From: Psilocybe cubensis
Taxonomy: Eukaryota
Length of the DNA stretch: 64,000 bases
Direction: 5' to 3'
Assembly: GCA_017499595.2 (NCBI GenBank)
Contig: CM039003.1
Coordinates: 2,480,001 to 2,544,000 of the forward strand
Shown: in pieces, positions 1 through 13,445 of the stretch
Position numbering within the stretch: the stretch's first letter is position 1
How the letters are laid out: every line of letters begins with the position of its first letter
The notes under the pieces: model-generated
What the model was told of the DNA's origin: nothing
What the model saw: only the letters and a program-made list of their open reading frames with translations
Database searches by the model: none
Program-made: the position numbers and the translations under genes

Positions 1-3000
1 TCATACCAGCATTCACCTTCTGTATCTTCATCTCAACTTTCAACCACCACACCGCCTCCCCAACCACAAAGTAATAGTTCATATCATCGTCGACGGCAGG
101 TCTCGGCGCCAACATCGCCTAACCAGTCCCGCGTTTCTGGGGCGGGTTCGTCAGAATCATCGGCGTCAACATCAAATATCATGGAAAGTCCTTCCAACCG
201 CCGCCGTAATCGCCTGTCCGTAGCCAGTGTTTCTCAGCTCCAATTGGCGGACTTCACGGAAGAGGATGACGATGAACATGATCTTGGTCCTAAGACTGCG
301 ACCGGCACAGCGAAGGATCGCACGCGTGAACGTACACTAAACGAAAGAGATCTCATCATCCAGAGCGCCCTTGCAGCCGCTGCTACCTCCAGGAGCAGTC
401 CTTTGGGGAACCGGAGGCGTTCCGCTCTGCCCAAGGAGTTTAGATCGGATCTGGCGGATGAAAATTCAAGTTCGAAGCACGCCAGCGGTCGACATAGCGC
501 TGCCGGAAGATACGAAATAGACGACAAGCGTGAGAGTTGGAAAGTGAGCGCATATACGCACCATATTGCTACTTATGTTGATTTCTCTTTTATCAGAACA
601 AAGAACCTGTAACGCCCTTTCGTCCTACCGCCAATGTCGGTCGATCTTCGACATTACGTGACACTCGCCATAGCGGTGGCTCCAATGGTCGATGGTCGAG
701 CGATGATTTTAGATCATCCGCAACAGTGCGAGATCGTGCTAACAACTCTTCGTTGTTGAACGAAGACTCGCGGCGTGAAAGAAGACAAAGCTTGAGGGGA
801 GGGAGCGCTGAGAGCATTCTGGGATGGAGTCCAGGAGGAAGGAGTCTACTGGGAGAAGGCTTACGAGCTGCGGGACTGAGCAGGAGGAAAGACGATGAAT
901 CGAGAGGGCCTCCTAGTGCTTCTACTGTTGGGAGTGACGTCTTCAGGGAAAGAGAGTTGTATACAGATAGGGATAGGAGAGTTGATTGGAGTCCCCAGGA
1001 CATCTTGCAAGAAGGAAGAAGGAAAGTATTTTCTGAAAGGGAAAGGGATAAGCAACCTGCTCGCGCCTCGACCTCCATGGCCCATTATCAATATCGTGAT
1101 CAAGAAGACGATACAGCAGAAGAATCTCGTGAACGCGAAGGAGGACGAGAACTTGTCAAGAATCGGCATAGAAGCGATTATGGTTTGTCTTCTCGGGAAC
1201 ATGATAGTAGGCGGGAGCCATCTATAAGCCGGCGCGAACGCACCTCACTACCTGCTGATCGCGCCGAATCTGCGTTAGGTCGATACCATAATCCACCGGT
1301 ACCACAGTCGCCGGCATTGCTCGCTGCCCATCTTCAGGACCGACGCTCGACTTCCAGCCCCTTTGGAAGCCGAAGATATAGCGTCAGCCACTCAAACCTT
1401 ACTTCATCGCAATCACAGCTGGAGCCTGCAAAATTACTTCTCGAAAGCTTGTCCATGTTCGAATCCCAGTTGAACAAACTTCCACTTTCTGTGTCAACGA
1501 GTAGCACCGGGACGGGCTCTTCCCAAGTCGAGTTATCAAGGAATGCCCAAGGAGTCGTGTTTTCTGCCGAACGTCTGTCTGCATTGATGAAACATGGTAG
1601 CACGAAGGCTTTGGAAGCACAGGTGGCGACCGAGGTTGATTCCACCTCAAACGATGCCAGTCTCAAGGAAATCGCGGACATTTGGGGCAAGGTCGCATCT
1701 GATTATCGAGACGGTTCGAGAGTGGCTGATGAACTTGTTCGTGGCCTCACTGCTCTTCTTCTTGGGATGGGACGCGTGGTTCGAGATTTCAGTACCACGT
1801 CTAGTGAGTATGGTTCACCTCTGGTGCATGGGCGCCACGCCAGCCTCGATGAAGATCGTCCAGATGCTAGCAGCTCAACGTCGGGTGTTGTGGACGGCAG
1901 CAACAGTGCTGAGAGTGGGCGGCACAGTTCTGCTTCAAGGAGGAGCTGGGAACCATTACCGCGAGATAAAGAGAAGGATAGAGAGGAGGCACTGAGAAGG
2001 CTTGCTGGCGGTGGCACAAGGCCGGAGAGTGTACTAGCAAGAGCATCGCCCGCAACATTCCAAAAGCTGAAAGATAGGGCGAAAGGGTTGGAAGGGTCAG
2101 GGCAGTCGTCTGAAAATAGGGATTCTGTGCCACTGCCCAGATCATCTGGATCGATAAGGAGGTTGTTTACTCCAAGAGAGCAACGCGAAAAAATGTTGGA
2201 CGCCAGGGCTGCAAGTGTCAATGCAGTTCTGAGAGGAGGAGCTAATTTGGCCACTCTCGATTCCCAAGAAACAGTGAAGGAACAACCAAATTTTGAATCC
2301 CCCACTCCTGCCTCGAAAACGCGACCCAGTCCTCCTCAGCGACAGAAAACTCTGACCCCTCTCTCCATTCCTAAGCCATTGCCTGTTCTTCCTTCTGAAA
2401 CGCAAGTTCGTCGTTCTTCGGCAAGCTTGGCTGTCTCCGCGAACAGTGATAAATCGACTTCATCACGTGATAGAGAGCGAAGGAGATCAACCCTGAGAGG
2501 AGCTGAACGCCCCTCTTTCCCTTCCATCACCACTCCTAGTAACGCTACTACTGCTGTCACTCCTCATACTGTGAGCAATAGTCCCGGAATCACTTCACCA
2601 CCTCTGCCACGCACGAACTCAGAGCAATCGACGCGCTCTCAGGTCACCTTTTCTCGTCCCATAGCTTCTTCAGTATCAGCAACACTGTCAGACATTCATC
2701 AACAACATGAAAGAAATAGAACCCTCTCTGCCTCGAGTTCCAGTGCCGAAGCGGGAAACAGTGTCATTCCGGACTCCAAGATGCCCAATCTATCAGCTTC
2801 GGAAAGTGAGCGCGACGTGAAACCAAAGACTCTTGGGTCGCGGACTCTCAGAGCGTCGTTGGATGGACAACCAGCGAAGGAAGAACGAAGTCCGGTTATA
2901 ATTCCTCGCAATGTCAATGTGCATGCTGCTGATAGAAGTGCCGCCACCACCATTCTGCAGCAATCTGCAGGATCCAGTCGCGATCGGCGAAGAACTGTTA

Positions 3001-3023
3001 CAGACATTTGGCCTCGCGAGTGA
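1..3023 (+). CDS. Large Ser/Arg-rich, mostly low-complexity hypothetical protein; 5' end probably outside the window
   Basis: Frame 1 is open from base 1 to 543. A GT-AG intron at 544-596 joins it in frame to the long ORF ending TGA at 3023. A central helical-looking segment (LLLESLSMFESQL...LVRGLTALLLGMGRVVR) is present, but no family was recognised. Confidence 0.8.
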
Positions 3024-3589
3024 TTTCTTGATTTTTTATGTCAGTTTTCAAAGATTATTTATTCCACATGTATTCCGTTGACAAATTTTTTGAACAGTTC
3101 TTTTTCTTGATTTTTCCCATGGCTTGTTCCTCTACATCCAGTGTTTGTCACTTTTACACACGCGAATTAATTTCGACTTCGTTCTCGTCCTTTGGACCTT
3201 GCACGCACGCAATAATGTTGTTTTTTCCCCTCACGCATAAATTGAACCTATTTATTAATTTCACCCTTCCTACCTGATCCGTTGTCTTCCTTTTTCCTTC
3301 CTTTCTCTTTTGCGTTCCCTCTTGGCTCCTTCTCAGTTGTTTCACCCTACCACACTTCTCTGCCCCTCTTGGTTTCCTCATGTCCCACGCTTGATGCACG
3401 AAAACGGCGAGCAATAGGCTCGTTACCATGAATCTTTTTCGCAAAAGCATTGTATTTCTGTCCTCCACGATGACTGGTATAGTTATATGTAGTACCTTAA
3501 TAACGACACGATTCCCTAACATATCATACACCAGTTACATATAGTGAGCAAATTCAGTGAAGCGTAGTAAGAGGTCATGGGTATATGTC

Positions 3590-5391
3590 TTAGTCATCAA
3601 CATCCCTAGGGTCATGGGTTTGCCAGTATTTCTCGTAGTCCTCGTCGCTCTGTGTTTTGAATTCTGTTGGTCTAGTAATAGGTGTGAACGGTGTATTCCT
3701 CTCTTCAAATTCCTTCAATCTCGCAGCCGTATCTGGTTTACTCTTGTTGACAGAATAGACCTTGACCCGATGGCAGGAGCTGGTGACGTGCAATCCCCAA
3801 TTCCAGGCACTCCTAACGAACGTTGGTTGAGTGTTGAGAGAGTTGTCCCAGCAGCGAACAGTTAGCTCTATCCATCCCTCCGCGTCGACAGGAAGATCAA
3901 TGTGCCATGTGCGCCATGCAAATTTGTGCTTCTTGGAAAGGTTCTCCGGTGGCACTTCATACCATATGTTGCCGCCATCGCCAGAAACTTCGACTCGTTC
4001 GGGCCAGCGTCCTCCACCAGAATAGGCCCAACCTTTGACTCGAAGGTAACCGCCATGAACAACGACCTGTTTGTTCCAAGGTTCCATAATGGCAGAGGAA
4101 ACGGGCATTTCTTGGATTTGAATACCACGCGTGTAAGCCTGGTTGTGCTTTCCAACTTGTTGGTTGAAATAGAGATATTCCCGGGATTGGACAGGAGCTC
4201 TGGAGGGCTCACTGATAGCTTTAATGCGGTACAACCACTTACAGGAACGAGCCCCGATGTACCCGAAAACGACAGCGCGAAGAGGGAAGCCGTGGATTTT
4301 GGGTAGCGGTTCCCCGTTCATCGACCAAGCAAGAATAACTTCGTTGGATTTAACCTTTGACCACGGGACACTGACGACATAATTCATAAGTTGACCCTAA
4401 TGGGTTGTCAGAGTTGTTTTCACAATGGCAAAAACAATGACTGACTTGTTTGAAGTAACTGTCTGCGCCATAAAATTCCAAGTGTTTGCCTCCTTCAGCA
4501 AGGCCTCCGCAATATTTGATTACTTTCTTCAAACTGACCCCTTCCCAGACTGCAGTCCCAATAGCACCCTCGGCCCAAGGTGCATTAATCATTTCATCAC
4601 CTTCTCCTGCATACTCACTGATCTGTTCGATGCGCCGTGTCCCACTGCACTGGATAGTAACAGTCTTCACAACACGAGGGAACAATTCTTCATTTTGAAG
4701 CTCGGCTAGAGATATTTTCTTTGGGTTATTGACCAGACCATCGAGCTCGAGGAAAAATGCATCAGCGGAAATGTTGGGAATGCCTCCGTGGTTGCGCACG
4801 AAGTGAAGGGGGTTCGGAGTGATGGGTTTTGCAGTCACCAGGCGCTGTAAATTATCGACCATAAGCATAATCGATGCCCATCATCAATGTAACGAACCTT
4901 GGGTGGCTCTCCATTGTACGGAAATTGAAGTAGATGGAGCATGTCCTTGTGTTTCTCCTGGATGACTCGTAGCCAGCTCTCTTCAGGGACACTCCATAAA
5001 TCTCCACCGATAGCCTTGTGCCACATTTTCCATCTGACACCTTCAAGAACAGGGTTGGTGTCTGGAATAGGGCCCAACTGGAACTCTGGAGGTGGTGGAA
5101 ACACATATTTCGCAAGAATACCAGCCGCGAGTTCTTTCTTCTCTGGGTATTTCTCCCACTCGATGTAACCCTGCCATCCTGGGCGTTCATCTTTGAAGGG
5201 TGATTCTTTCTGAGATTCTTCTGTTTCTGGGTTAGCTTCCGGTTTGGTATCGTCAAGCAGGCGCAATTGGGCCCCTGCCATTCCTTGTTCTAATTTCCAT
5301 TCGTCAGGGGGCTAGCAAACACAGTTAGCATATAATGTATGCTAGAGAGAAACTGACTCGCCTGAACTATTTCTTGAGGTTGTTTATCCAT
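3590..5391 (-). CDS. Sulfite oxidase-family molybdopterin oxidoreductase (Moco and dimerisation domains, no cytochrome b5 domain seen); 4 exons
   Basis: Exons 5391-5362, 5311-4898, 4844-4446, 4396-3590. Motifs PYNGEP, FVRNHG, Moco-ligand Cys in IQCSGTRR, MNGEPLPKIHGFPLR, GYIGARSCKWL, GWAYSGGGR, WNWG. Confidence 0.93.
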
Positions 5392-6530
5392 CACCGCTTT
5401 TTGATAGAAGTTGCAGGAGAATCACCTAACAGTTTTCGAGTGCAAACTGGCCGATAGGGAGTTTACGCGGGAAGGTTTGGAAGGCCCAAGATTAAATATC
5501 TGTAGCAGTCTTCTCATTCTGTCAAGTGATACACCTAATAACGGGGAGCTACGGGGTTCTTTCCCGAATTTCGCCATTAGAAGCTCGGTGCATATGTACG
5601 ACGACGCTCTGCGAAGGCTGATATGCAAGTGCATAATAGGCGTACAAACCATATCGTGAATTGAATGAAAAGCCGGAAAACTGGAAATGCTCGTGAATAT
5701 TACCAATAGTCTCTGGGGGTGAAAACTCGCAAGCGAGTCATGGATCCCTAGGTAGAATGAGTGATGATCGGTTTACATGCTTTTCAAGGTGGCACGCAGA
5801 CATTAAGGTCCCATTCATATATTCATGGGTATTTGATGCCTATTTAATACCGTCTATTTTAATTACTATCGAAATGGAAAACAGATATCCTGGCTGCACT
5901 CACACTGTATCAAGCAGTCTCAGCCTATTACTGGTGCCGGAGGCTTCCCAAAGATGATTCTCACATGTGCTTTGGAAGCAGCGAAGGTATCTAAACATGG
6001 TCAGATTCATGACATTCGGTAACACACTTGAGAATAACAATAAACCATAGGCAGCACTGTGTCTACGGAGGTTATAATCCGGAAAGATGTCCCAAGGCCA
6101 ATATTTAACAAGCACAGCTGTGGTATGGTGCAATCGGTCTTTGACTGTGGTGGATATGTCGCAGGTAGAATAGACATATACAAGCACATAACGAGTGTCG
6201 AAGCGGCGATTCTGAGCATTTATCTGGAAAAATAGTATAATTTTGAGTTATAAAATACAAAGGGAGCCTGGTTGCTCCGTAATATGCAGAGGGATTTTCT
6301 ACATTCAGCCAGATTATAGTTGGCCATGCATCGAAGAGGATATCTTGGATATGTTGAGATAGTCAGTTTGATGTCCAATAGAAGAAGGCCTGACGAGAGT
6401 AGCCAGCGTATCGAAATCAATAATTGGCTGTGGACGGTGGGTGGTACTGTATCAGCACATCGCTTAGCTCTGTAAACCGCACGTTTAGGAAATATTTGTG
6501 GGCTTACATATATCCTTCTAGTATAAAATT

Positions 6531-7242
6531 CTATCGTTTTGCCAAGTTACCCCTGCAGAAAATATGTTATAGCATTGCTCTCGGAAAATAGTCAATATAC
6601 GCACCTATTAGTCAATGCCTCTTCATGTATCCTCTTCTTTTGCATATTGGCCCAAACCTTTGGCTCTCCTGGGGTATCCTGAAGTACTGCAATGATTTCT
6701 CTGGCCAGTCTGTCCGCAATATCCTTGCCCGGTCTTCCTTTCTTATTTGCTCCTTCCATGATCCAATACACACCCCAGCTCGCTCTCTGCCTCTCATTGA
6801 GGGGTTTTGGTTTGACAATAGTCTTTCCTCCACCCTTCTTCATTCTACTAACCCATACTGCAGGAGATGCGCGTTCAACAGCGGCCTCTACAATAGGAAG
6901 TGGTTGGCTCTGCGTCATAATATGGATACGGAGCAGCATGTCAGAGATTCGCTTCGCGGCAGTAGCGCGTTTGCCGTCCTTCATGATCCAGCTAATGAAT
7001 AATTGAAGGATAGGGGATTGTGCTGGTGGGATGTGATGGTGCATGACGTCGAGGTCGGCGCGTTGTTGAACAACAGTCTGCATAGGTTGCTCTTCGGGTG
7101 CGGCAGGAGCTTGAATTTCGTCGAGGACCTTGATGGCTTCATCTTCTTGCGCTTTCTGTATTGATATCATACTCACGCGGCATATTTGCGCAGGAGCGAG
7201 ACGAGGTACGAGGCTCACTCTTTGCCGCAGCGCCGAGAGCAT
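6531..7242 (-). CDS. RSM7: Mitochondrial ribosomal protein S7 (uS7m)
   Basis: Arg-rich presequence-like start MLSALRQRVSLVPR and S7 motifs FISWIMKDGKRATA, PKPLNERQR, LAREII, IHEEALTNR. Intron 6553-6604, last exon GNLAKR-stop. Confidence 0.88.
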
Positions 7243-7967
7243 AGTGATGTTAGCAAAAAACTGGCGCGTATTCAAGAAGCCTGACAAGGCAAGTGCGCTG
7301 TTTGGCTATGTATACCAGAATCCTTTGATTTTAGTTGATCATGTGACTGTCCATGCTAAAGGATCCGTCATCCTCATTGGGCCTCGTGTTCAGCACCCAT
7401 CCATGACGACTTACTCGGACCTACTAGAAGGCCAACAAACATTCTCCTCAAAATGGCCCTATTTGATGGAACTCTAATAACCTCTATCCCATTTGATTGT
7501 CTTCCATTACTTTCCAGAATTGCCTTAGAGAACCAGTCTTAAGAACAACAACCCGAAGTGTACATCGGACAGGAATACAATTGAGTCTTTTGTGATTCCT
7601 CATGGATTTATATGTCTCGGTAGGACAGGTAACCTAAAATATGTGTCTACAGTTTACTGATGCAAATTGATAAGCTCAGGGATGGTTTTCCGGCGCAAGG
7701 CATCTTTTAGTCCTTGTGTGACTTCGCACACTTGTTGCAAGGGCCAGCGCAGATATGGGCCATAATCCTGCTGTCTAATGTTGCCTCGGCAATCTGACCT
7801 ATTGTCTGTTTGTATAAAGCCATCATCATCTGCGTAAGTTCTTGTTCTGCTGGGTCCATCATATATGAATCCGTAAATTCTTTTGGCTCTGAAGTGCCTC
7901 GTTGTCTTTATTCCCCCGTTTCCTTGATCTCTCATTGCCTCGTTGCACTGACATCGTTTTGACAACG

Positions 7968-9190
7968 ATGGTCTTGGAGCACCACCGGCTTCGATACAAA
8001 CCACCAAGGAGCTCACCCAATTGCGACTCGACGACTTTTTCCATGCACACATTACCTCGCAGACCTTCCCCTGCTGCGAAGGATGATGTTGTTAAAGATG
8101 AGAAACAATTGGCGGTGGTGGGAACTAGTAAACCGAAGCTGCGCTTCGTACGTGTAGAGGATTCTCTGTTCAAGGTGAGTACTCGATTGATCGATCGTTC
8201 TTATTTGCTTGTTCACCACATACATGTATCAGGTCCCTGAATCTTTCTTTCAGAACATGCCACAAGAAATTCAGGATCACACAAAATATACCACTGGCGT
8301 AGGAAAGACACCAGAGAAACCAATCTTACTGGTGGGACATACGAATCATCAGTTCAGACAATTTCTCGAGGCATACAATTCCTAGTAAGTGTGCGATAAG
8401 AATTTTCATCCAGATATTTATCTTATTTGTGCCATTTTCCCCATCTAGCCCTTCACTAAACCCTCGATCCATGGATGTGGACACCATCTTTACTATTGGA
8501 GAACTTGCCTATATGTATCAGCAACGCCATCTCGCACTTTGGTTCATGCCAATTTTCAAGGACGTCGTGATCTCGGCAGAATCCCCACTGCACCACGCTT
8601 CGAATAACATTTTTGTTCGCGCAATGAAACTCGGGATCGCTTATGGCAGCAGGGAGCTGTGTCATCGCGTATCTACAAGATGGATAGCGCGCATGCACCG
8701 TCGCGAGCTGGATCCGCTATCGGCTTTGCTCTTTGCGGATACGTACAACTTGCGCGATTTACTGAGCCACGCGTACTATATCTATCTGATGCTAGTCTTC
8801 CGGCGCATCCAGCAGTCCCACGACATTGACCCGAGGGGACTGCTTACTCCTGGACAGAGAACACATGTTATGTCTGGCTATCATTCCTTATCTGCCTATT
8901 GGAACCATCTGCGGCTCAACCCACCTGAATTTGAAGCGGCTCCCTCTTGCACCTCGCACTTGCAATGCCTTGGAGCTTGGAGGCTCCAGTGGATAGCCGC
9001 TGCGGAGAAGGACTATCCTCTCCCTGAGCTTGACATTCTTGGGCGTTTGACGTACATTGAAAAATGTCTTCGAGAGGAAATGGTTCTCGACGTTGTCCTC
9101 AATCGTGTGTGTAAGGCATCGGCCTTGAAGGCGGTGTCTGTGAAGAGAGAAATGGTGGCGAGGCAGTTGCACCACCATTTCGATTTGTGA
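7968..9190 (+). CDS. BTB/POZ-like domain protein, paralog 1; 3 exons
   Basis: Exons 7968-8174, 8233-8384, 8449-9190. FVRVEDSLFK|V and G.T.EKPI.L....QFRQFL resemble agaricomycete BTB proteins. C-terminal CTSHLQCLGAW...DILGRL...C...HHFDL. Confidence 0.8.
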
Positions 9191-10029
9191 ATTTTTTAAA
9201 TCTGGTTTATACCTGATATTGCTCTTTTTTAAACTGTCGCATTGCTTTCTGCGTTTATAACTATGTAGGATTTTTGCATCATGTAGATGACAATATTTGT
9301 ATGTTCATGCAGTCTCGGATCCTACAATTATTGTACTAGCACACCTACTTATTCAACTAATGGTAGTTAATTATAATAGTCTGTTGTAGTCAGTATCCCA
9401 ATCAAAATTCCCTTGCGAGGTGGGATGCTTCCAAACCAAAAGAACGCAAAACACTTTTGGTATTGCTATTGGTGCTTTTTCAAGGAGCGATCAAATCTAA
9501 GAAGCTATAGTATGGCAAATTGCGTCAATGAGATCAACCTTGAGGAAGTCCAATCGGCCGGTAATTTATTGGGTGAACAAAATCCTCCAAGGCATTTCTA
9601 ACAGCAATGGGTCATACTACTGTGATCGATCACATTCTGCTCTGATTTATCTAGCTCTAATGAAATGAAATGCATTAGTATGATTCATAAATTCATATCA
9701 TGAATAAATTTTGCAGCCAAAACCTTCAGCCCGGAGGCTATGTATTAACATTAGAAAGGCGCCCATAACCTGCACCAAAAGGAAAAAAAACAACAGTCAT
9801 ACGCCCTTCGCAGTAGGACAGCGAGTCGATCAAGCACTTTTATCTAGGCAACGAAGCCGACCATATATTAAACATGCCTTAACAGAAAATGTAACACTGA
9901 GGGTTTGTCTGAAGGTTATATCGTCGTTGTAACTTTGCTTTGAGAGCCTCCCACCGTGATTGGGAAATCAAGGCCACAAGTTCTGAGCTGCCCTGACAGA
10001 ACTTTGCATTGGGGAGAGAATTAGGAAAA

Positions 10030-10626
10030 GAAGAAATACCTCTGCATGTCATTCGTATGTTGGTGATGTTGACTTTGAAGTGACATGGGTAAGGCTCGAG
10101 GCATCGCATGATGTGATGGTTCAATTTCATTGAAGTCTTCAAGTCAGGCATATCAAAGAACTCGTTCTGGGGACCTTCTAGTGTGGGAAAGAACTTCATC
10201 ATCTTCGCACTCTGCGGCTAATGCCGACGCGAGAGCTGCTCAGAGTCTCAGACACTCTTCGTCTTCTTTTACTTCGTCTAAGTACCTGCTTTCGACTCGC
10301 CCAATTCTGTCATCGACATGCACGGCGACAATGCGTCGGTTGATGGATTAGGCCTTATCATACCGTCTGAAACTCTTTCATCTGACAGTAATCTCCCGAC
10401 GCGTCCGTACGATGCCGACTACAGACATAGGGTTGAATACGCATTTGGTCTTTTGCGAGCGGATGATATGTTTTCCTTGTCACTTCCTACCTATTCGGAT
10501 ATTGAAAGTCATAGTGTTACCCTTTGCTCTGACATAGCCTGGTTTCGCTCTTTGGATCTATCTTCTGACGATCCACGGACTTCTTGTCTGGGTCGCTCCG
10601 AGCCTCCTGAGTCCTCGTGTTCTTCC
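10030..10626 (-). pseudogene. Possible decayed gene fragment with in-frame TGA/TAG stops and a frameshift
   Basis: Protein-like charged frames on the minus strand (EEHEDSGGSERPRQEV...; YLDEVKEDEECLRL*AALASALAAECEDDE...ERVL*YA*LEDFNEIE). Stops at 10509, 10491, 10419, 10240, 10153 and 10144. Confidence 0.35.
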
Positions 10627-10700
10627 TAAGCTGTGTATACCCAAATCTATTTTTAACTATGGAGCCACGAAACGGTGAAGCCAATCCGACTAATAATTCG

Positions 10701-10707
10701 TATAAAA
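10701..10707 (+). promoter_or_regulatory. TATA box of secreted-protein gene A
   Basis: TATAAAA starting 65 bp before the ATG at 10766. Equivalent TATAAA boxes lie at 12087 and 13379 before paralogs B and C. Confidence 0.6.
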
Positions 10708-10765
10708 GGCAAGAGTGGAATGAGGCCATTTCACCAACGGATCTAGTCTTCTTACCTAGCCAGCC

Positions 10766-11308
10766 ATGAAATTCGCCACCATTCTCTCTACCATTGCTTT
10801 GTGCACTGTTTCTGCCTACGCTCAGGGTGCTGTTCTCAGCTACCCTCGGGACGGAGACAAGTTCCATGCTGGTTCCAAGTTCACCGTAGAGGTTGATAGA
10901 CCAGTATGTTCCCATTACCTAACAATTATCTTACGGTGTCATTGACTTTGTGTTCATAGAACTCCCTATCCGGCTCAACAGAAGTTGGAGTCGTCATTGC
11001 CGTCAACTCATGTAACAACGGCCCCTGCGCTCCACCTACAGCGATCCTTGGCCAGATACTGTACAATGGTCCATTCAACCCTCAATATCAAGCCAGCGCG
11101 GTTGGATACCAAACGCCCGGCCAGAACTTCTCAGTTACCCTCCCATCAGATATTTCTAAAGGACCAGCCTCGCTCAACGTCTTCCATGTCGCACTGATTG
11201 GCGTAAGTGAAGTCTTCTCTTTGAAGAAACCAAAGCTCACATGATTTTCAGGCTGGTCGTGCTATTCCTCTTACACAAACGCTGAACACAACTATCATAG
11301 TTCAGTGA
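10766..11308 (+). CDS. Small secreted protein A (145 aa), NIS1-like; 3 exons
   Basis: Exons 10766-10903, 10960-11202, 11252-11308. Signal peptide MKFATILSTIALCTVSAYA; core NSLSGSTEVGVVI..SC....C.PP...LG.ILYNGPFNP...QNFSVTLP...G...L.V....LIGAG. Not recovered by the ORF track. Confidence 0.9.
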
Positions 11309-12153
11309 TGAACATTCCTTTTTCTATCGGACACGGACAACGGACACGATTAGATTAAAATCACGAACTTTTGTAGTGTTAATCCTCGCCTACTACTACC
11401 CCTACTACTAGTTGTACATTGACGTCAGTATACGTACCTATACATGAAACCTATATACTCCATGAGATCCACGTCCAAATCTATATCAACTTTGACTATT
11501 GAACGAAGCCTCTCCGATTATCGGATTCTTATGGTGGCTATAAATAAACACCGGTCATTACATCGAGTGTTCTGGGAAGTTCTTCGAAAAAATCTTGAAG
11601 GAGACTCGGCCTGGACTCCACAAAATGATACAAATGAAGATTTACAATAACAGTATCTTCACAACGCTCACCTGGCCACAGTCATGAGAACCCAGCTTCC
11701 GGGCAGACTCCAGAGCATCATCAATCATGGAGCAAGCAGGTTGTAGATGCTTGTTGTCAGATGCTTGGATTTTCTCTCATACGGCTCAAACTTGCCCTCG
11801 GTGTGCTCACCCAATGAGTTTGTTTGGTATTTTTATTCTAACTTGTGAACCCTGGGCCTTCATCACTTAAAATATTGTCGACGACTTAATCAAACGGTTT
11901 ATTTATAAACTCAAAGTCTAGACACACCGACAATCAAGCATCCAGTACCATCCACGACTAATGATAACTTGGAAATCGCCAAGTACAAAACCTAGACCGC
12001 TATGCCCAGACTTTCTTAAAGATAGGCGCCCGTGGACATAACAATTTGCACTGTTAACTACCGGACAAAAGTAAATATTGTGCATCTATAAATTAGGCTG
12101 CAGAGTCGACGAGGAATGAATAACAACGTCCATTCATAAACGCCATTGCAACT

Positions 12154-12712
12154 ATGAAAATTTTAACCTCTCTCATAGCATGCGCCTGCACCATAAGCGC
12201 TGTTGCACAGCAAAGCATTCTCTCCATCCCGGCTCCGGGATCTGTCATCCACGCAGGAAAAGAATTCACCGTCCAATTAATTCGTCCAGTAAGCCGTATC
12301 AAATATGCCATATCCTGGTGTAGAAGCCTAACCTATATCCCCGACGCGGGGAAGTAGAATAGCATAGAGGGCTCTACCGAAGTCGGGCTCGTCATTTCCC
12401 TGATTTCATGTGCAGGTAGCAGCGCAGGATGTGCGCCTCCCACTGCACGTCTCGGCACCATCTTGTTCAACGGAGATTTCAAACCTGCTCTTCATGAGAT
12501 ACCAGGGGAACCGTACCAGAATTTCACGCTCACAGTACCGACTGGTTTCTCATCTGGTCTTGCCCAGTTATCAACAGCTCGCTTTCATTTAATCGGGGTG
12601 AGTAGTAATCAATATCAAAATACTTTCGAGTTCGCCTTCTGGAGCACTCCGATGCTAGGCTGGACCGGCGCCTATACTCGAGTTCAACAACATCACTTTA
12701 AATGCCGTGTAA
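12154..12712 (+). CDS. Small secreted protein B (142 aa), paralog of A and C; 3 exons
   Basis: Exons 12154-12288, 12358-12597, 12659-12712. Signal peptide MKILTSLIACACTISAVA; same two phase-0 intron positions as A and C. Confidence 0.92.
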
Positions 12713-13445
12713 ATCCAAAGGAATCACTGCTCGGTGCCAGTTCCGCGATCAGTTGAATAAAAATGCTTGGTTGATTCTCCAGAATAATCAATAGATTAGT
12801 ATCCTCAGCACGTCGTATAAATACATCGCCTCCTCACTTACATATATGAAACCAAATGACTTGCTTATGGACCTCCTAACCGTCAATTTCGTCACTATAT
12901 AGTATAAATACGAGCTCTCCGGCGTTCCTGGTTAATTTTATCGTGAATTGATAATTATCACTACAGTATGACGATCGTTTGGAATGAAACCAAACCGTGA
13001 AGCTTGACAATCATCACTGCACGCAGCAAGGCGCGCCGAGTCAGAGGTGTAGACTTGAACCCGAACTGAACTCCGAAATGTTTGAATTATTGTCTCAAAG
13101 CATTCTGAGGGTGCATATAACTGCATTTTCTGAGATCGAAGTGTAAGCACTAGAGAATGCGTTATACGATGTATCATTGAATGGAATGAGCAAAGATATG
13201 GCACTGTACGCTCCTATGGTTTTGAAGTAACTATAATTAGTGGTACTCCATTTCAGATGGATTTTGGCAGACGTACTGGCAACTACTAGCAATCTTGATT
13301 ATTAACATGCAATACAGCGACAGTGACAAGAGTCTGTCGTCTGAGATGCCGTATTTCATTCAATAACGTTGTAGCACCTATAAATTGAGGGCACGAATTC
13401 CAGAGAATGCCTCAGAATAAGCCAATCTCCCAAGCACTATTCATC

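Noticed and set aside
1703-2305. Long antisense ORFs (also 36579-37313 and 52495-53100)
   Set aside because: They are shadows of well-supported genes on the opposite strand and have no motifs of their own.
5400-6530. Short ORFs between the sulfite oxidase and S7 genes
   Set aside because: No recognisable motifs or consistent exon chain.
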